A stretch of DNA of 42,369 nt. It comes from Rhizaria sp. SCN 62-66. Its lineage: Eukaryota. Of this stretch, positions 37,673-42,369 are shown one piece after another. The notes under the pieces are model-generated. The model saw only the letters and a program-made list of their open reading frames with translations. It did no database searches and had not been told where the DNA came from. The first letter of the stretch is position 1. Every line of letters begins with the position of its first letter. The translations under genes and the position numbers were made by a program. The stretch covers positions 1 through 42,369 of the forward strand of contig MEDY01000267.1 of NCBI GenBank assembly GCA_001724265.1. The letters are read 5' to 3'.

Positions 37673-39945
37673 TTACTTCTTCTTGCCGCCCGCAGCCGCC
37701 TTGCCGCCGGCCGCGGCCTTGGCGCCGCCAGCAGCAGCGCCGCCCTTGGCACCGCCCTTAGCGCCGCCCTTGGCGGAGCTCGTGGCGGCCGCGGCAGCGG
37801 CGGCGTCGGCCTTGTCGAGCGCATCCTTGTCGCCCTCGGTGTCGATGAAGAAGTAGTTGCCCGCGCGCTTCTGCTCGGTGTCCTTCTGCGAGTTGAGCTT
37901 GTTGATACGCGGGCGGAAGTTGACGGGGTCGCGGCGGAACGTGATGTTGAGGTCCTTGAGGAACTGGTTCATGCCCGACACAAGGCCCTGGGGCGCGTTG
38001 GCCTTGGCCTTAACACCAGGCTCACCCTCGTACACGATGACGCGGTCGGCGAGGTAGGTCGACATGATGAAGTCGTGCTCGACGATGAAGGCCGTCTTGC
38101 GCGCGTGCATGATGAAGCGCTTGATGACACGCGCGGCAACGATACGCTGCTCCGAGTCGAGGTACGCCGACGGCTCGTCGATGAGGTAGATGTCGGCGGG
38201 CAGGCCGAGCGAGAGCACGAGGGCCACGCGCTGGAGCTCACCACCGGAGAGCGTCTTGACCTTCTGGTCGATGATAGCGTCGATCTTCATGGGCTTGAGC
38301 ACGTCCGAGATAAACTGCGAAGCCATCATGGCAACCGAGATCTTGGCATGGAGCAGCTGGCGCACGGTGCCCTCGAACTGCGGCGCGATCTTCTGCGGCT
38401 TGTACGAGACGTTCATCTGGGGGATGTGCACGTCCTCGTCGTCGGGGGGCAACAGGCCAGCGAGCATGCGGATGAAGGTCGTCTTGCCAGTGCCGTTCTG
38501 GCCCAGCAGCACGACAATCTCGGAGGTGTTGAACTCGCCCGCAGCGACGTCGAGCTGGAAGCCCTTGAGCGTCTTGGTCATGGCGGGGTACGGCACGCCG
38601 TGGTTGCGCACGCTCTTGCCGTCATCCGCCTGGAACGACTCGGCGACGCGGAAGGTCAGCTCGACGTCGCGGAAACGCATGTTCTCGGTCGGGATGAAGC
38701 CGGCGAGAAAGACGTTGATGCCTTCGCGAACCGAGTAGGGCATGGTGACGACGCCGTAGGCAGCCGCGAGGCCGTAGAGGCAGCAGACGAAGTCGGAGAG
38801 GTAGTCAAGCACCGAGAGGTCGTGCTCGACGACGATGACGTAGGTCGACTCAGAGCACATGTCACGGATCGACGCGGCCGCCTGCAGACGCTGCTTGACG
38901 TCCAGGTACGACGAGGGCTCGTCGAACATGTAGATGTCTGCGTTCTGCACGCACGTCATGGCGATGGCAAAGCGCTGGAGCTCACCACCGGAGAGCACGG
39001 CGATCGACGAGTCGAACTTGTGCTTGAGCTCCATGGCGGTGAGCACGGCCTCGAGCACATTGCGGTCGTCCTTCTTGGTGAGGAGGTCGCCGACGGTGCC
39101 CTCGACGGCCTTGGGCAGCACGTCGACGTACTGCGGCTTGATGATCGCGCGCAGGTTGTCCTCGAGCAGCTTCGTCAGGAAGTTCTGGATCTCGGAGCCG
39201 CGGTAGTGCGTCAAGATCTCCTCCCAGTCGGGCGGCGAGTCGAAGCGGCCGAGGTTGGGCTTGAGCTTGTTGGCCAGGATCTTGAGCGCGGTGGACTTGC
39301 CGATGCCGTTGGTACCGACGAGGCCGAGCACCTGGCCGCGGCGCGGCGTCGGCAGGCGGTGAAGCTTGAACGAGTTGGGGCCGTAGCGGTGGGTCGTCTG
39401 GGAGTCGAGGTTCTGTGGTGGCGGGAGTACAGCGCATCAGTATCGGGTGCGGCGAGAGAGAGTTGTTGTGGGAGAGCGGGAAAGAAGGAGTGCGCGTGAT
39501 GAAGGGTGGAAAGAGAAGGAGTTGGAGCGGAAACAGGGGGGATTTAAGAATGAAAAGGTGAGATAAAAGTAGATGTGTTGCTGATGTAAGATTATAACTC
39601 AGTTTCAGAGCAAAATGACGATGATGAGGAACGTTAGAGAGCATTTTGCGGAGCGAAGGTCAAGGTGGGCGATGGAGCACGAACCTTGGGGAGATTGATA
39701 ATGGAGATGGCCTCGAAGGGGCACTTCTTGGTGCAGATACCGCAACCAATGCAGAGGGACTCGGAGATGAAGGCGAGCTTGTCGGTGGGCTTGACCTCAA
39801 TGCACTGCTTGCCCATCTTGACGACGGGGCAGTTCCTCTTGCACTCCTGCGCACACTTCTTCGGCTTGCACTTGCCGTCATCGACGATGGCAATACGCGT
39901 CTGCGCGTCGCCGTCGCCCTTGGAGGCGGAAGCCTTCTTACTCAT
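37673..39945 (-). CDS. ABCE1: ABCE1/RLI1 ribosome-recycling Fe-S ATPase, about 666 aa, 2 exons
   Basis: Exon 1 39945-39685 carries the Fe-S motifs [15 protein letters not shown] and [12 protein letters not shown] (donor GTTCGT). Exon 2 39412-37673 has two NBDs ([42 protein letters not shown]) and the hinge [16 protein letters not shown]. Stop TAA. Confidence 0.98.
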
Positions 39946-40471
39946 TATTAACGGTAAAGGCAGATTCTGACAGACACCCGGATCCGCCGTTAATCACTCG
40001 TGAAAACGCAAAACCTTGCGCCCCAGTTTGCCGCGCACTACTCCCGCGACCACAGCCCAGCGGTTCGCAAAAATTGATCGACTCCATCGTCAGTCACTCC
40101 ATAGGACTTTCGAAACTCTCGCTGAACTGGCGTCTTCTGATCGTCTGTATCAAAAATATTGTGTTAACCGTAAAACATACTTCTGTTTAGTACTGATTTT
40201 ACAATAACGTGTCTTGCGATTGAAATATTCCTTTCGAACGCGACCCCCTCCGTCACCACACTGTCCAGGTCAACTTTGTTGCTGCTGTCACACTCGCCCT
40301 CCTGCTCGCCTCGCACCTTCTCTGAATTCAAGCGACGTCATCACACAACCTCATTGAATATTTCTGTATTTACTCTTGCGCTTTGTGACTGTAGTTTCTT
40401 TCAACTTCAACAAAAGCTCGCAAAACACTCGCGTGCTCATCCACTCGTTGCGTCAACAACACTTCGCAGCC

Positions 40472-42034
40472 ATGTTCAAGCAACTTGAGCAGCGCTTTAT
40501 TCGCGCCATGGGTACGCCGCTCTGACACGCCACACCACCAGCTCTTTGCGTATACTTGTTTTTAACAGTGACTCCGAGACACGTCTCCTTCCTGACGTCA
40601 CGCCCCGCGCACCGCTCGCGCGTCGCAACTTGTGTTCACTTCTCACTACCCACGTCTTTATATCTCACCCTCTCGCCATCTTGTCTAACTCTCTCCGATG
40701 GTTATCCCTTCTGTGCGACTCCACCGACAGGCCCGAACGCGATTGCGGACTTGAGACGCTCGCTGGTGCCTGGTGTGCGCATCCTCACAATCGGCGGCGA
40801 CCAGCTCACCGGCAAGTCCACGCTCGCCAAGGACCTCGCCGCGCGGCTCCGCGCCCCGCACGTCTCCGCGGGCTCCTTTTTCCGCGCCGTGGCCCGCGAG
40901 CGCGGGCTCAACGTGGCCGAGCTGTCGAAGCTGGCTGCGCTGGAGCAGGACGGCGACGACAACATCGACGTGCGCATCGAGTACGAGACCTGCAAGACCA
41001 TCATGTCCGGACTCGTCAACGGCGCAGTGCCCCCCGTCCCGTCCTCCGCCTGCGCAGACAGCACCGGCACCGCTGAGTCATGTGTTCCCGACGCTCCGCG
41101 GACGGTGATCATCGAGGGCCGCAACCCGGCGGTGATGGCGGCTTACTGCCGCACCCTGGGCAAGACCGAAGTCCTCAGTCTGTACCTCTCGTGCTCGCCG
41201 CGTGTGCAGGCGCGCCGCTTCGTCGGCCGCGAGATCGACCGCGCGCTCTCCTTCGCCATCGACGCGCTTCTGCCCCCGCCCCCCGCCCATAGTAGCGCCG
41301 TCAAGCCGCACGGTGCCCACGGTCTCTCTGCCCACGGTCACTCCGCTGCTGCGACCCACGGTCACCGCGCGGCGACGGGTCCCTGCGCCCCCGGCCACAG
41401 CGTGCACACGACCCCACGCACGCACAGCCACCCCGCGGGCGCCCCCGGTCACCTCGCCCACGCGGCGGCCACCGAGGCCGGTGTGGAGAGCGGGGGCGAG
41501 TACGCGTCGATCGAGGAGGTGGCGGCCGCGCTGGAGTCCTTGGCGGCGCAGCAGTCGCCCGCCGTCGAGGCCGCGCTCGCCGCCGCGCGCGCCAAGAACG
41601 CCAGCGCGGCGCACAGCAGCAACAGCAACAGCAGCAGTGCGAGTGCGAGTGTCAGTAAGGATGGCGAGTGGAGCTGCAAGCGCATCGGCGAGGTCGCGCG
41701 CGAGCTGGCGATGACGCAGAGCCGCGACAACGATGACCGCGCGCGCTTCCTCGCGCTTTACGGGCTGCCGCAGTCGCTCGACTACCGGTCTCCCGCGCTG
41801 TACTCATGTGTGGTCGACACCTCGCACCACGTGCCCAGCGAGACGCTCGAGGTCATCGAGCGCTTCCTCGCCGCGCAGGGCATCGGCCGCGAGATGCTGC
41901 GCGACGGCGACGCGGGCGCCGCGGCGCGCGCGGCCGAGGCAGAGGCCAAGGACAAGCAGGCGCAGGCGCAGGTGCAGGCGCAGACTGGAGCCACAGCTGG
42001 GGCCAGCGGCGACAAGATGGATGCGAAGCTTTGA
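40472..42034 (+). CDS. Archaeal-type (type 2) cytidylate-kinase-like P-loop kinase with a His-rich insertion and C-terminal PTS1 (AKL), about 447 aa, 2 exons
   Basis: Exon 1 40472-40511 (donor GTACGC) and exon 2 40731-42034. Motifs ILTIGGDQLTGKSTLAKDLA, VSAGSFFRAVARERGL, IDVRIE, VIIEGR, LYLSCSPRVQARRFVGRE and RDNDDRARFLALYG...YSCVVDTS follow the archaeal Cmk pattern. Stop TGA. Confidence 0.72.
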
Positions 42035-42060
42035 GTTATATGAGTGAGTTATATGAGTGA
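42032..42060 (+). repeat. Tandem duplication of a 13-bp unit TGAGTTATATGAG overlapping the kinase stop codon
   Basis: 42032-42044 and 42045-42057 are identical and are followed by a partial TGA. Confidence 0.8.
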
Positions 42061-42369
42061 AATATTTGTGTTGTTTGCAAGCTGGTCATGAGCTACCTGT
42101 TAATTTAAGTTAGAATACAATTAAATGTGTTATTATATGATATTTCAATGTGATTTTTTCTTCTTAAGCTTGTGTCTAAAGCTGTGTTGTCCGAGTATCA
42201 TCCTATCAGTACACTTGTTTGTTTTGTTGTGATAATATTACTACGTGTTTATTGGGGGGGTAATAAGAAGACTAATAACCCCTATGTAGCGTCAACTAAA
42301 AAACGCCAAAAACGCAGTTTTCGGCAGGTAACTTCCACAATAGAAATCTCTGTGAAATAATCGTCAAAG

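Noticed and set aside
37613-39499. 628-aa plus-strand ORF, and similar long antisense ORFs over symplekin, G-alpha and CEP76
   Set aside because: Antisense shadows caused by high GC3 codon bias; no recognisable domains.
37673-39945. ABCE1 (partner of eRF1 in ribosome recycling) as part of the recoding mechanism
   Set aside because: The sequence looks conventional apart from an Ala/Gly/Lys tail. Stop specificity lies in eRF1 and tRNA, and co-occurrence in the window is probably chance.
1-42369. Prokaryotic features (operons, CRISPR arrays, IS elements) or transposon ORFs
   Set aside because: The window is eukaryotic with spliceosomal introns. No regularly spaced repeats, transposase or reverse-transcriptase motifs were seen.

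Overview
Eukaryotic nuclear DNA from a flagellated protist-type genome, with GC-rich exons, mostly AT- or pyrimidine-rich 145-416 nt GT-AG introns and compact gene spacing. I reconstructed 14 protein-coding genes by hand: the 3' end of SAM synthetase, a giant intronless C2H2 zinc-finger protein, a secretory KDEL protein, CFAP53, CEP76, C1D/Rrp47, a COMM-domain protein, an intronless bacterial-like alpha/beta hydrolase, a heterotrimeric G-alpha, UXT, an ankyrin-repeat protein, symplekin, ABCE1/RLI1 and an archaeal-type cytidylate-kinase-like protein. The main signal is a probable variant nuclear genetic code in which UAG is read as glutamine while UAA and UGA remain stops. Five in-frame TAG codons in two genes lie in Gln-rich or Gln-aligned positions without frameshifts. 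With those read through, all 14 genes end in TAA (5) or TGA (9) and none in TAG. Also notable are a GTNCGT 5' splice-site consensus with no +4A in 22 introns, two prokaryote-like enzymes (one with a PTS1), and several structured non-coding segments. No tRNA, rRNA, CRISPR array or transposon was confidently identified. All calls are from motif recognition by eye; no database searches were run.
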